DNA from: Tubulanus polymorphus | Taxonomy: Eukaryota; Animalia; Nemertea | Reading direction: 5' to 3' | Assembly (NCBI RefSeq): GCF_964204645.1 | Contig: NW_027437441.1 | Span: forward strand, 62,001 to 126,000 | DNA length: 64,000 bases | Shown: in pieces, positions 12,980-26,340 of the stretch | Position numbering within the stretch: position 1 is the first letter of the stretch | Layout: the number at the start of each line of letters is the position of its first letter | Translations under genes and position numbers: made by a program | Notes under the pieces: model-generated | What the model saw: only the letters and a program-made list of their open reading frames with translations | Told to the model about the DNA's origin: nothing | Databases searched by the model: none

Positions 12980-14822
12980 CCGCGACAATTCAATATTTTG
13001 GTTTTGTCGCCCGCGACAATTCATTATTTTGGTTTTATCGCCCGCGATAATTCATTAATTTGTTTTTATCGCCCGCGACATTCCGCGACAATTCAATATT
13101 TTGGTTTTGTCGCCCGCGACAATTCATTATTTTGGTTTTATCGCCCGCGACAATTCAATATTTTGGTTTTATCGCCCGCGATAATTCATTATTTTGGTTT
13201 TGTCGCCCGAGACCATTCATTATTTTGGTTTTATCGCCCGCGTCAATTCATTACTTTGGTTTTGTCGCCCGCGACAATTCATTATTTTGATTTTGTCGCC
13301 CGCGACGATTCAATATCTTGTTTTTGTCGCCCGAGACAATTCATTATTTTGGTTTTATCGCCCGCGACAATTCATTAGTTTGGTTTTATCGCCCGCGACA
13401 ATTCATTAGTTTGGTTTTGTCGCCCGCGACAATTCATTAGTTTGGTTTTGTCGCCCTCGACAATTCAATATTTTGGTTTTGTCGCCCACGAAAATTCAAT
13501 ATTTTGGTTTTATCGCCCGCGACAATTCATTACTTTGGTTTTATCGCCACCGACAATTCATTATTTTGGTTTTGTCGCCCGCGACAATTCATTATTTTGG
13601 TTTTATATTTTGTTTTTGTCGCCCGCGACAATTTTCTTTTTTGGTTTTATCGCCTGCGACAATTCAATATTTTTGTTTTATCGCCCGCGATTATTCATTA
13701 TATTTGTTTTGTCGCCTGAGACAATTCAATATTTTGGTTTTATCGCCCGCGACAATTCATTATTACGGTTTTATCGCCCGCGACAATTCATTATTTTAGT
13801 TTTGTCGCTCGCGACAATTCATTATTTTAGTTTTGTCGCCCGCGACAATTCACCATTTTGGTTTTGTCGCCCGCGACAATTAACCATTTTGGTTTTGTCG
13901 CCCGCGACAATTAACCATTTTGGTTTTGTCGCCCGCGACAATTCACCATTTTGGTTTTGTCGCCCGCGACAATTCATTATTTTGGTTTTATCGCCCGCGA
14001 CGATTCATTAATTTTGATTTATAGCCCGCGACAATTCATTATTTTTGTTTTGTCGCCCCGACAATTCTTTTTTTGGTTTTGTCGCCCGCAACAATTCAAT
14101 ATTTTGGTTTAGTCGCCCGCGACAATTCAATATTTTGGTTTTGTCGCCCGCGCTAATTCATTAATTTTGTTTTATCGCCCGCGACAATTCAATATATTGG
14201 TTTTATCGCCGGCGACAATTCATTATTTTGGTTTTATCGCCCGCGACAATTCATTATTTAGGTTTTCTCGCCAGAGACAATTCATTATTTTGTTTTAATT
14301 GCCCGCGATAATTCAATATTTTGGTTTTATTGCCCGCGATAATTCATTATTTTCGTTTTATCGCCCGCGACAATTCATTATTTTGTTTTTATCGCCCGCG
14401 ACAATTCAATATTTTGGTTTTATCCCCCACGACAATTCATTATTTTGGTTTTATATTTTGTTATTATCGCCCGTGCCAATTTTTTTTTTGGTTTTGTCGC
14501 CCGCGACAATTCAATATTTTGGTTTTATCGCCCGCGACAATTCATTATTTTGGTTTTGTCGCCCGAGACCATTCATTATTTTGGTTTTATCGCCCGCGAC
14601 AATTCATTATTTTGGTTTTTTCGCCCGCGACAATTCATTATTTTGATTTTGACGCCCGCGACGATTCAATATTTTTGTTTTATCGCCCGCGACAATTCAT
14701 TAGTTTGGTTTTATCGCCCGCGACAATTCATTAGTTTGGTTTTGTCGCCCGCGACAATTCATTAGTTTGGTTTTGTCGCCCGCGACGATTCAATATTTTT
14801 GGTTTTGTCGCCCGCGACAATT
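12980..14822 (+). repeat. 31-bp satellite array (ttttggttttRtcgcccgcgacaattcaWta)
   Basis: Direct tandem repeats; they generate the periodic MVLSPATIHYFGFIARDNSLFW ORFs. Confidence 0.97.
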
Positions 14823-14823
14823 A

Positions 14824-16232
14824 TTTTTCAGTCCACTTGGGACTTTAGTCCCAGCGGGCTATTGCGTTCACTTTTCGTCCGTCCGTCCGTCCATAGACGG
14901 AATCCAGTTATTTTGGGAAGTTTTGAAGACGCTTCAAGGTAATGTCTTGATATTTGGTTTATACATGTATCTACCCTAGACACATCGTCAGCCCAAAAAC
15001 TGGCCCTGTCAGATTCAAGATGGCCGACTGGCAGCCATTGTTGTTTGCCAAAATCAGCACTTTTTAAACATTTTCGAAGTTTTCGTGGGAAATTTTGAAG
15101 ACGCTTCGATCAATTACCTTGATCTTTCGTTTATATTTGAATCTACCAAAGGCCCATCAGCATAATAAAATTGGGTCGATCTGACTCAAAATAGCCGTCC
15201 TATGACCTTTTTAGTTCCCAAAAATGTAAATTTTGGCCAGAATTCTAGGTCCTGTAGCTTCCTACTGGTTTGCCATTTCTCATTGCAATTGCTGATGGGT
15301 ATTCTTTAGAGAGGGATTTTTTATACCTGGGACAGGTATTTTTGATCAGCCTATTATGACGCAATTGACGGCCATCTTGGTGTCATCAGTACTCATTCGT
15401 AGGTGGGAAAAAGTTTTTCCACATTAAATTGATACCTAAGCATATTGTGTTACTATATTCAATTGGAAAGTTGTAGCCCATAACGTGTTCTATGAGTTTC
15501 AAGGTCTTTGGTTTTAGTATGTGGCCATCAGGGGGCGTTGAATAATACAATAACTTAGTATTGCTATATTATATTTGTACCAAGGCATATTTTGTTACCA
15601 TGATCAATTGCGAAGTTGTAGTTCATGACATCGTCTATGATTGTGGTGAGTTTTTAAGTACATTAGTTATTCCATATAGTCATCAGGGGGCGTTGAATAG
15701 TAGAATGGCTTAGTATTTCCTTATTAGATTGGTACCTAGGCATATTTTGTTACCATGATCCATTGCAAAGTTGTAGATCATGACATCATCTATGATTGTG
15801 GTGAGTTTTTAAGGACATTAGTTATTCCATATAGTCACCAGGGGGCGTTGAATAGTAGAATGGCTTAGTATTTCCTTATTAGATTGGTACCTAGGCATAT
15901 TTTGTTACTATGATCAATTGCAAAGTTGTATTTCATGACATGTACTACGATTGTGGTGAGTTTTAAGGTCATTGGGTTTTGCATATGGTCACCAGGGGCG
16001 TTGAATAGTAGAATAACTTAGTATTTCCATATTAAATTGGTAACGAGGCATATTTTGTTATCACAATCGATTACAAAATCATAGCTGCTCAAATGTTCTA
16101 TGATTGTGGTGGGTTTCAAGGTCATTGGTTTTTGTATATGGTCACTAGAAGGCGTTATGTATTGAAATTGTTAGATTGTTGAGCATTTGAAACCACTTCC
16201 CAAGTGAGCATGGTGTCCCTGGACCCCTAGTT
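14824..16232 (+). mobile_element. Second HINE/DINE-1-like family nested in the satellite, with ~155-bp internal tandem repeats
   Basis: subTIR cacttggga / tcccaagtg, 5' hairpin gggact-tt-agtccc, (gtcc)n microsatellite, 3' gtcc-ct-ggac stem and ctagtt end; cagggggcgttgaata recurs every ~155 bp. Confidence 0.75.
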
Positions 16233-16520
16233 TGGTTTTGTCTCCCGCGACAATTCATTATTCTGGTTTTCTCGCACGCAACAATTCAATATTTTGTTTT
16301 TGTCGTCCGCGACAATTCATTATTTTGGTTTTATCGCCGCGACAATTCAATATTTTGGTTTTAACGCCCGCGACAATTTATTGTGGTTTTATCGCCCGCG
16401 ACAATTCATTATTTTGGTTTTATCGCCCGCGACAATTCATTATTTTTGTTTTGTCGCCCGTGACAATTCCATATTTTGGTTTTGTCACCCGCGACAATTC
16501 ATAATTTTGGTTTTGTCCCC
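16233..16520 (+). repeat. 31-bp satellite
   Basis: Same monomer. Confidence 0.95.
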
Positions 16521-18062
16521 GTGGTTTTGTCGGAACATTAAGTTTTTTGGTCGAACAGTGTGTTAAGGTCGTTTTGGAAATTTACTCGGTCTGGTATATT
16601 TTGGATTACTGTGTATGTCATTTGTCAGGACATTAAACAGAAGACGACTTAGGATACTACCTTGCGTGACTCCACTAGTTAGACCGTCTCATTCCAAGAG
16701 GAGGCGTTCCGTTGATTTCGGTTACAAGTTTCCGTTCAGAGATAACTGCTGAGCCATTTAAACGACCTATCATTGATACTGTTTCCTAATAGCCTCTTTA
16801 GTAATGGCCGATGTTGAGCCTTATCAAATGCTTTGTTGAAATCCACCGTTGAACAGGATTCTAAGACTGTGCAGAAAACCCGTTATCGCTGCTTTGCAGC
16901 TATATTTATTATTATTTTCTTCCACACTATTTTTACCAAAAGAACATAGGCTTTGTTACCTTACCGCTGTTTCATATACAATCCATATAATATCGTTCAG
17001 CTCACTGAGATCTACAAATAGCCCGCGTGTTTTTTCACGAATCATCGTTACAAAAGCGCTGTCGGGCCGTAAACATCGAAAATTTAGCCCCATTCAATGG
17101 GGCGACATGTTTTTCGAGTCGTCATCCCGAAATCAACCCGCAGGCCGACTGTCACTTCGATTATCAATTCAAGTATAAATGAACTAATTTATTGCCGCAG
17201 ACTTCAAATTCAGTCGCGGTCTTCAAACAGTGATTTTAACAATAGCCCATTTTCCTCATCAAATCCTATTACCGATACACTGGAAATTTACTACTTTAGA
17301 TTTTAAAAGCACTGTCGAGCCGTAAACATCGACGAATCAACGTGTGTTACTACATCGTCGTTCCGGGGATCAGCTGCGAGTTTCTCCTCATCATGAGAAT
17401 CAAATCGAGTACAAATTAATTTATTACTACCAGTGATTTGGCTGCGGGTTTCAAGGAGTTAGTATAACAATACCTTTATTTCTTTACCGAATTAACCGTG
17501 TATTTACTAAGATAAATCTTTAGTGTACCGGGGAATCGTAGGCCTAAACGAAACACGCCGAAGAGATATAGCGGAGAAAAGCTGTTATGTCGACGAGGTA
17601 TCAAAATAAAAGAATATATTACTTTATTCGGCTGCGGGCTTCAACCTCTATATCAATACCATCAATACTCTATAATTCCTACAGTACATACCGATCATTG
17701 TCAAATGCACAAGGTATTTACTAAATACAAGTATATAACACAATCCTTTCCGTATGCTGGACTCACACTTGACATTCGGAGTAAGCGTTCGCTGTGGGGG
17801 AAAGGAGATCGTTCGCTGTGTCGCTTGAAGTGTTTATCGAGTTTGACGCGGCTTTAGGCCTACCGGTACTGAGCTTTACTGTCTCAAACAAACACAGTAT
17901 AATAATTGCGTTTATTAACGGACTCATAGGATTGAACTTCAAAACAAAATTTACGATATTTAGGTGGGTTGTTATTCAATAGGCCTACGACCAATCTGTC
18001 CGGATGTTAGGCCTACGCATAAACATAGGCCTACATAGGCTAGTAGCCTCTACTAGGTTAAA

Positions 18063-18478
18063 TACGAAAGCGATAAGGGGCCTCGAGATGTCGCGTTCCA
18101 ACTCGACAAGTCGCCATATTTATGTCGATATATCGCGATATATCGCGTCAAGTCGACATGAATATGTCGACATATCGTGACGTTTTCACGACAAATTTCG
18201 CTTTTTCGCCCATTTTCCACGGGACAAGCCGTCATTTGAAGGCACGTCTAAATGGAAGATGAGGAAACCAGTGAAATGACGACTGAGTTTCAAGTCGTCG
18301 TGAATATGTCGACTTGTCGCGTGGAAAGTGGTCGAGAGAACGAAATATATCGTCAAAACGTCACGATATATCGACATATTCATGTCGACTTGACGCGATA
18401 TATCGCGGTATGTCCACATAAATATGACGACTTGTCAAGTTTGAACGCGACATCTCGAGGCCCCTTATCGCTTCCGTA
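18063..18478. mobile_element. TAC..GTA MITE (~415 bp), IS3EU-like
   Basis: Long TIR tacggaagcgataaRgggcctcgag..; flanks gttaaa / gttaag; the empty site is visible near 20447. Confidence 0.75.
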
Positions 18479-18665
18479 GTTAAGCTTTCGCTGTGGGGGA
18501 AAGGAGATCGTTCGCTGTGTCACTTGAACTGTTTATCGAGTTTTACGCGACCTTAAGGCTTTAGTATGGTGGCTGATAAGGGCCATGCGTAAAAAAACAC
18601 GTATATGCAAATGAGGGCGACATTATGACAAAACGACAAAACTAAAATAACGCGACAAAACAATA

Positions 18666-19372
18666 ATTTTGGTTTTGTCGCCCGCGACAATTCATTATTT
18701 TGGTTCTATCGCCTGCGACAATTCATTATTTTGGTTTTATCGCCCGCGACAATTCATTAATTTGGTTTTGTCACCCGCGACAGATCAATATTTTGGTTTT
18801 GTCGCCCGCGACAATTCATTATTTTGGTTTTATCGCCCGCGACAATTCATTATTTTGGTTTTATCGCCTGCGACAATTTTTTTTTTGACGCGGTTTTATC
18901 GCCTGCGACACTTCAATATTTTGGTTTTATCGCCTGATGCGACAATTCAATATTTTGGTTTTATTGCCAGCGACAATTCATTATTTTGGTTTTATCGCCG
19001 GCGACAATTCATTATTTTGGTTTTATCGCCCGCGACAATTCATTAGTTTGGTTTTGTCGCCCGCGTCAATTCAATATTTTGGTTTTGTCCCACGCGACAA
19101 TTCAATATTTTGGTTTTATCCCCTGCGACAACTCAATATTTTGGTTTTATCGCCAGCAACAATTCATTATTTTGGTTTTATCGCCCGCGGCAATTGATTA
19201 TTTTGGTTTTATCGCCCGCGACAATTCATTAGTTTGGTTTTGTCGCCCGCAACAATTCAATATTTTGGTTCTATCGCCAGCGACAATTGATTATTTTGGT
19301 TTTATCGCCCGCGACAATTGATTATTTTGGTTTCATCGCCCACCACAATTAATTTTTTTGGTTTTGTCGCCC
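18666..19372 (+). repeat. 31-bp satellite
   Basis: Same monomer. Confidence 0.95.
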
Positions 19373-19461
19373 ACTTTATTAGCTTTTGAATAATTAAGCC
19401 AATTAATAACGTAATAAAGACTTATGCTTTCGCCTATTTGAAGTCGATTAATCTGATATAG

Positions 19462-19866
19462 TACGGAAGCGATAAAGGGCCTCGAGTTGTCGCGTTCAAA
19501 CTCGACAAGACGCCATATTTATGTCGATATATCGCGCCAAGTCCACATGAATATGTCTACATATCGTGACATTTTCACGACAAATTTCGCTTTTTGCTCA
19601 TTTTCCACGGGACAAGCCGTCATTTGAAGACATGTCTAAATGTAAGATGAGGACGCCAGTAATATGATGACTGAGTTTCAAGTCGTCATGAATATGTCGA
19701 CTTGTCGCGAGGAAAATGGTTGCGAAAACGAAATATGTCGTCAAAACGTCACGATATATCGACATATTCATGTCGACTTGACGTGATATATCACGGTATG
19801 TCGACATAGATATGGTGACTTGTCGAGTTGGAATGCGACATCTCGAGGCCCCTTATCGCTTCCGTA
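19462..19866. mobile_element. TAC..GTA MITE copy
   Basis: Same TIRs; gatatag duplicated on both sides; empty site near 53456. Confidence 0.8.
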
Positions 19867-20635
19867 GATATAGTGTCGAATATTAAGGTCATTTTGGCAG
19901 ATTCTTTTTTTTTTAAAGTGGTATTAAAGCGATCATTCAAGTGATCCTACTTAATGAAAGATCGACGGAAGCGATAAAGGGCCTCGAGTTGTCGCGTTCC
20001 AACTCGACAAGTCGCCATATTTATGTCGATATATCGCATTAAGTCGACATAAATATGTCGACATATCGTGACGTTTTTACGACTTGAAACTCAGTCGTAC
20101 GGAAGCGATAAAGGGCCTCGACATATTCATGATGACTTGAAACTCAGTCGTCATATCATTGGTGTCCTCATCTTACATTTAGAAATGGGGAAAGGGATCG
20201 TTCGCTGTGTCGCTTGAAGTGTTTATCGAGTTTGACGCGGCTTTAGGCCTACCGGTACTAAGCTTTACTGTCTCAAACAAACACAGTATAATTGTTGCGT
20301 TTATTAACTCATTGGATTGAACTTCAAAACAAAATTTACGATATTTAGGTGGGTTGTTATTCAATAGGCCTACGACCAATCTGTCTGGATGTTATTGTTA
20401 GGCCTACGCATATACATAGGCCTACATAGGCTAGTAGCCTCTACTAGGTTAAGCGTTCGCTGTGGGGGAAAGGAGATCGTTCGCTGTGTCGCTTGAAGTG
20501 TTTATCGAGTTTTACGCGACCTTAAGGCTTTAGTATGGTGGCTGATAAGGGCCATGCGTAAAAAAACACGTATATGCAAATGAGGGCGACATTATGACAA
20601 AACGACAAAACTAAAATAACGCGACAAAACAATAA

Positions 20636-21088
20636 TTTTGGTTTTGTCGCCCGCGACAATTCATTATTTTGGTTTTATCGCCCGCGACAATTCATTATTT
20701 TGGTTTTATCGCCGGCGACAATTCATTAATTTGGTTTTGTCACCCGCGACAAATTAATATTTTGGTTTTGTCGCCCACGACAATTCAATATTTTGGTTTT
20801 ATCGCCCGCGACAATTCATTATTTTGGATTTATCGCCCGCGACAATTCATTATTTTGGTTTTATCGCCCGCGGCCATTTTTTTTCTCGCGGTTTTATCGC
20901 CTGCGACAATTCAATATTTTGGTGTTTTATCGCCCGCAACAATTCATTATTTTGGTTTTATCGCCCGCAACAATTCATTATTTTGGTTTTATCGCCCGCA
21001 ATAATTCATTAGTTTGGTTTTGTCGCCCGTGACAATTCAATATTTTGGTTTTGTCACCCTCGACAATTCATAATTTTGGTTTTGTCCC
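20636..21088 (+). repeat. 31-bp satellite
   Basis: Same monomer. Confidence 0.95.
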
Positions 21089-22384
21089 CGTGGTTTTGTC
21101 GGAACATTAAGTTTTTTGGTCGAACAGTGTGTTAAGGTCGTTTTGGAAATTTACTCGGTCTGGTATATTTTGGATTACTGTGTATGTCATTTGTCAGGAC
21201 ATTAAACAGAAGACGACTTAGGATACTACCTTGCGTGACTCCACTAGTTAGACCGTCTCATTCCGAGATGAGGCGTTCCGTTGATTTCGGTTACAAGTTT
21301 CCGTTCAGAGATAACTGCTGAGCCATTTTAACGACCTATCATTGATACTGTTTCCTAATAGCCTTTTTAGTAATGGCTGATGTTGAGCCTTATCAAATGC
21401 TTTGTTGAAACCCACCGTTGAACAGGATTCTAAGACTGTGCAGAAAACCCGTTATCGCTGCTTTGCAGCTATATTTATTATTATTATTATTATTATTATT
21501 TTTTTCCACACTTTTTTTGTCAAAAGTAAATAGGCTTTTTTACATTACCGCTGTTGCCGATACAATCCGTCTGATATCATTCAGCCCACTTCGATCTACA
21601 AATACTCCGTGCGAATTGTGAAGAATCAACGTTACAAAAGCACTGTCGGGCCGTAAACATCGAAAATTGAGCCCCATTCAAAGAGCCGACATGTTTTTCT
21701 AAGTCGTCTTTCCGAAATCTACCGCACGTTTCTTGTCACATCGATTATCAATTCAAGCATAAATTAACAAATTTATTACCGAAAGATTGCACATTCTGTC
21801 GCGGTTTTTAAAAACTAATTTTTACAGTAACCCATTTTCCTCATCAAATTATATTACTGATACACAGGAAATTTACTACTTTAGATTTTAAAAGCACTGT
21901 CGAGCCGTAAACATCGACGAATCGACGTGTGTCACTACATCGTCGTTCCGGGAATCAGCTGCGAGTTTCTCCTCATTCTGAGAAACGAATCGAGTACAAA
22001 TTAATTTATTACTACCAGTGATTTGGCTGCGGGCGTCAAGCAGTTAATTTAGCAATACCTATTTTTCTTTACCAAATTTACCGTGTTTTTACTAAGATAA
22101 ATCATTAGTGTACCGGGGAGTCGTAGGCCTAAACTAAACACGCCGAAGAGATATAGCGGAGAAAAGCTGTTATGTCGACGAGGTATCAAAATGAAATAAT
22201 ATATTACTTTATTCGGCCGCGGGCTTCAACCTCTATATCAATACCATCAATACTCTATATTTCCTACAGTACATACCGATCATTGTCAATTGCACAAGGC
22301 ATTTACTAAATACAAGTATATAACACACTCCTCTCCGTATGCTGGAGTCACACTTGAAATTTGGAGTAAGCCTTTGACATTATT

Positions 22385-24692
22385 ATTTTGGTTTTATCGC
22401 CCGCGACAATTCATTACTTTGGTTTTATCGCCAGCGACAATTCATTATTTTGGTTTTGTCGCCCGCGACAATTCTTCTTTTTGGTTTTGTCGCCCGCAAA
22501 AATTCAATATTTTGGTTTTATGGCCCACGAAAATTCATTACTTTGGTTATTTATCGCTAGCGACAAATCATTATTTTGGTTTTGTCGCCCGCGACAATTC
22601 TTCTTTTTGGTTTTGTCGCCCGCGACAATTCATTATTTTGGTTTTATATTTTGTGTTTGTCGCCCGCGACAATTTTCTTTTTTGGTTTTGTCGCCCGCGA
22701 CAATTCAATATTTTTGTTTTATCGCCTGCGACAATTCAATATTTTGGTTTTAACGCCCGCTAAAATTCATTATTACTGTTTAATCGCCCGCGACAATTCA
22801 TTATTTTGGTTTTATATTTTGTTTTTGTCGCCAGCGACAATTTTCTTTTATTGGTTTTGTCGCCCGCGACAAATAAATATTTTGGTTTTATCGCCTGCGA
22901 AAATTCAATATTTTGGTTTTATCGCCCGCGATAATTCCTTATTTTGGTTTTGTCGCCCGCGACAATTCACCATTTTGGATTTGTCGCCCTGGGCAATTCA
23001 CCATTTTGGTTTTGTCGCCCGCGACAATTCATAATTTTGGTTTTATCGCCTGCGACAATTCAATTTTTTGGTTTTGTCGCCCGCGACAATTCATTATTTT
23101 GGTTTTATATTTTGTGTTTGTCGCCCGCGACAATTTTCTTTTTTGGTTTTGTCGCCCGCGACAATTCAATATTTTTGTTTTATCGCCTGCGACAATTCAA
23201 TATTTTGGTTTTATCGCCCGCGATAATTCCTTATTTTGGTTTTGTCGCCCGCGACAATTCACCATTTTGGATTTGTCGCCCTGGGCAATTCACCATTTTG
23301 GTTTTGTCGCCCGCGACAATTCATAATTTTGGTTTTATCGCCTGCGACAATTCAATTTTTTGGTTTTGTCACCCGCGACAATTCATTATTTTGGTTTTAT
23401 ATTTTGTGTTTGTCGCCCGCGACAATTTTCTTTTTTGGTTTTGTCGCCCGCGACAATTCAATATTTTTGTTTTATCGCCTGCGACAATTCAATATTTTGG
23501 TTTTATCGCCCACGATAATTCATTATTTTAATTTTGTCGCCTGAGACAATTCATTATTTTGGTTTTATCGCCCGCTAAAATTCATTATTACGGTTTAATC
23601 GCCCGCGACAATTCATTATTTTGGTTTTATATTTTGTTTTTGTCGCCAGCGACAATTTTCTTTTATTGGTTTTGTCGCCCGCGACAAATCAATATTTTGG
23701 TTTTATCGCCTGCGAAAATTCAATATTTTGGTTTTATCGCCCGCGATAATTCATTATTTTGGTTTTGTCGCCCGCGACAATTCATTATTTTGGTTTTGTC
23801 GCCCGCGACAATTCTTTTTTTGGTTTTGTCGCCCGCGACAATTCATTACTTGGGTTTTGTCGCCCGCGACAATTCAATATTTTGGTTTTGTCGCCCGCGA
23901 CAATTCATTATTTTGCTTTTATCGCCCGCAACAATTCATTAATTTGGTTTTATCGCCCGCTAAAATTCATTATTACGGTTTTATCGCCCGCGACAATTCA
24001 TTATTTTGGTTTTGTCGCCCGCGACAATTCATAAGTTTGGTTTTATCACCCGCGACAATTCACCATTTTGGATTTGTCGCCCTGGGCAATTCACCATTTT
24101 GGTTTTGTCGCCCGCGACAATTCATAATTTTGGTTTTATCGCCTGCGACAATTCAATTTTTTGGTTTTGTCGCCCGCGACAATTCATTAGTTTGGTTTTG
24201 TCGCCCGCGACAATTCATTATTTTGGTTTTGTAGCCCGCGACAATTCATTATTTTGGTTTTATCGCCCGCGACATTTCAATATTTTGGTTTTATCGCCCG
24301 CGATAATTCATTATTTTGGTTTTTCTCGCCCGCGACAATTCATTATTTTTATTTTGTCGCCCCGACAATTGTTTTTTTGGTTTTGTCGCCTGCGACAATT
24401 CATTAGTTTGGTTTTTTCGCCCACGACAATTCATTACTTTGGTTTTATCTCCAGCGACAATTCATCATTTTGGTTTTGTCGCCCGGGACAATTCTTCTTT
24501 TTGGTTTTGACGCCCGCGACAATTCATTATTTTGGTTTTATATTTTGTTTTTGTCGCCAGCGACAATTTTTTTTTTGGTTTTGTCGCCCGCGACAATTCA
24601 ATATTTTGGTTTTATCGCCCACGACAATTCATTAGTTTGGTTTTATCGCCCGCGACAATTCATTAGTTTGGTTTTGTCGCCCGCGACAATTC
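22385..24692 (+). repeat. 31-bp satellite with a ~292-bp higher-order duplication
   Basis: Same monomer; the variant block at 22913-23204 recurs at 23205-23496. Confidence 0.95.
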
Positions 24693-26077
24693 TTTTTCAG
24701 TCCACTTGGGACTTTAGTCCCAGCGGGCTATTGCGTTCACTTTTCGTCCGTCCGTCCGTCCATAGACGGAATCCAGTTATTTTGGGAAGTTTTGAAGACG
24801 CTTCAAGTTAATGTTTTGATATTTGGTTTATACATGAATCTACCCTAGAGACATCGTCAGCCCAAAAACTGGCCCTGTCAGATTCAAGATGGCCGAGTGG
24901 CAGCCATTGTTGTTTGCCAAAATCAGCACTTTTTAAACATTTTCGAAGTTTTCGTGATCTTTCGTTTATATTTGAATCTACCAAAGGCCCATCAGCATAA
25001 GAAAATTGGGTCGATCTGACTCAAGGTGGCCGTCCTATGACCTTTTTAGTGCCCAAAAATGTCAATTTTGGCCAGAATTCTAGGTCCTGTAGCTTCCTAC
25101 TGGTTTGCCATTTCTCATTGCAATTGCTGATGGGTATTCTTTAGAGAGGGATGTTTTATACCTGGGACAGGTATTTTTGATCAGCCAATTATGACGCAAT
25201 TGGCGGCCATCTTGGTTTCATCAGTACACATTCGTAGGTGGGAAAAAGTTTTTCCACATTAAATTGATACCTAAGCATATTGTGTTACTATATTCAATTG
25301 GAAAGTTGTAGCCCATAACGTGTTCTATGATTTTGGTGAGTTTCAAGGTCATTGGTTTTAGTATGTGGCCATCAGGGGGCGTTGAATAATACAATAACTT
25401 AGTATTGCTATATTATATTTGTACCAAGGCATATTTTGTTACCATGATCAATTGCAAAGTTCTAGTTCATGACATCGTCTATGATTGTGGTGAGTTTTTA
25501 AGGATATTAGTTATTCCATATAGTCACCAGGGGGCGTTGAATAGTAGAAAAGCTTAGTTTTTCCTTATTAGATTGGTACCTAGGCATAGTTTGTTACCAT
25601 GATCCATTGCAAAGTTGTAGTTCATGACATCGTCTATGATTGTGGTGAGTTTTTAAGGACATTAGTTATTCCATATAGTCACCAGGGGGCGTTGAATAGT
25701 AGAATGGCTTAGTATTTCCTTATTAGATTGGTACCTAGGCATATTTTGTTACTATGATCAATTGCAAAATTGTATTTCATGACATGTACTACGATTGTGG
25801 TGAGTTTTAAGGTCATTGGGTTTTGCATATGGTCACCAGGGGGCGTTGAATAGTAGAATAACTTAGTATTTCCATATTAAATTGGTAACGAGGCATATTT
25901 TGTTATCACAATCAATTACAAAATCATAGCTACTCACATGTTCTATGATTGTGGTGGGTTTCAAGTTCATTGGTTTTTGTATATGGTCACTAGAGGGCGT
26001 TATGTATTGAAATTGTTAGATTGTTGAGCATTTGAAACCACTTCCCAAGTGAGCATGGTGTCCCTGGACCCCTAGTT
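24693..26077 (+). mobile_element. Second copy of the nested HINE-like family
   Basis: Near-identical to 14824-16232, with the same downstream satellite variant. Confidence 0.75.
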
Positions 26078-26340
26078 TGGTTTTGTCGCCCGCGACAATT
26101 CATTATTTTGCTTTTGTCGCACGCAACAATTCAATATTTTGTTTTTGTCGTCCGCGACAATTCATTATTTTGGTTTTATCGCCGCGACAATTCAATATTT
26201 TGGTTTTAACGCCCGCGACAATTCATTATTGTGGTTTTATCGCCCGCGACAATTCATTATTTTGGTTTTATCGCCCGCGACAATTCATTATTTTGGTTTT
26301 GTCGCCCGTGACAATTCAATATTTTGGTTTTGTCGCCCGT
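26078..26340 (+). repeat. 31-bp satellite
   Basis: Same monomer. Confidence 0.95.
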
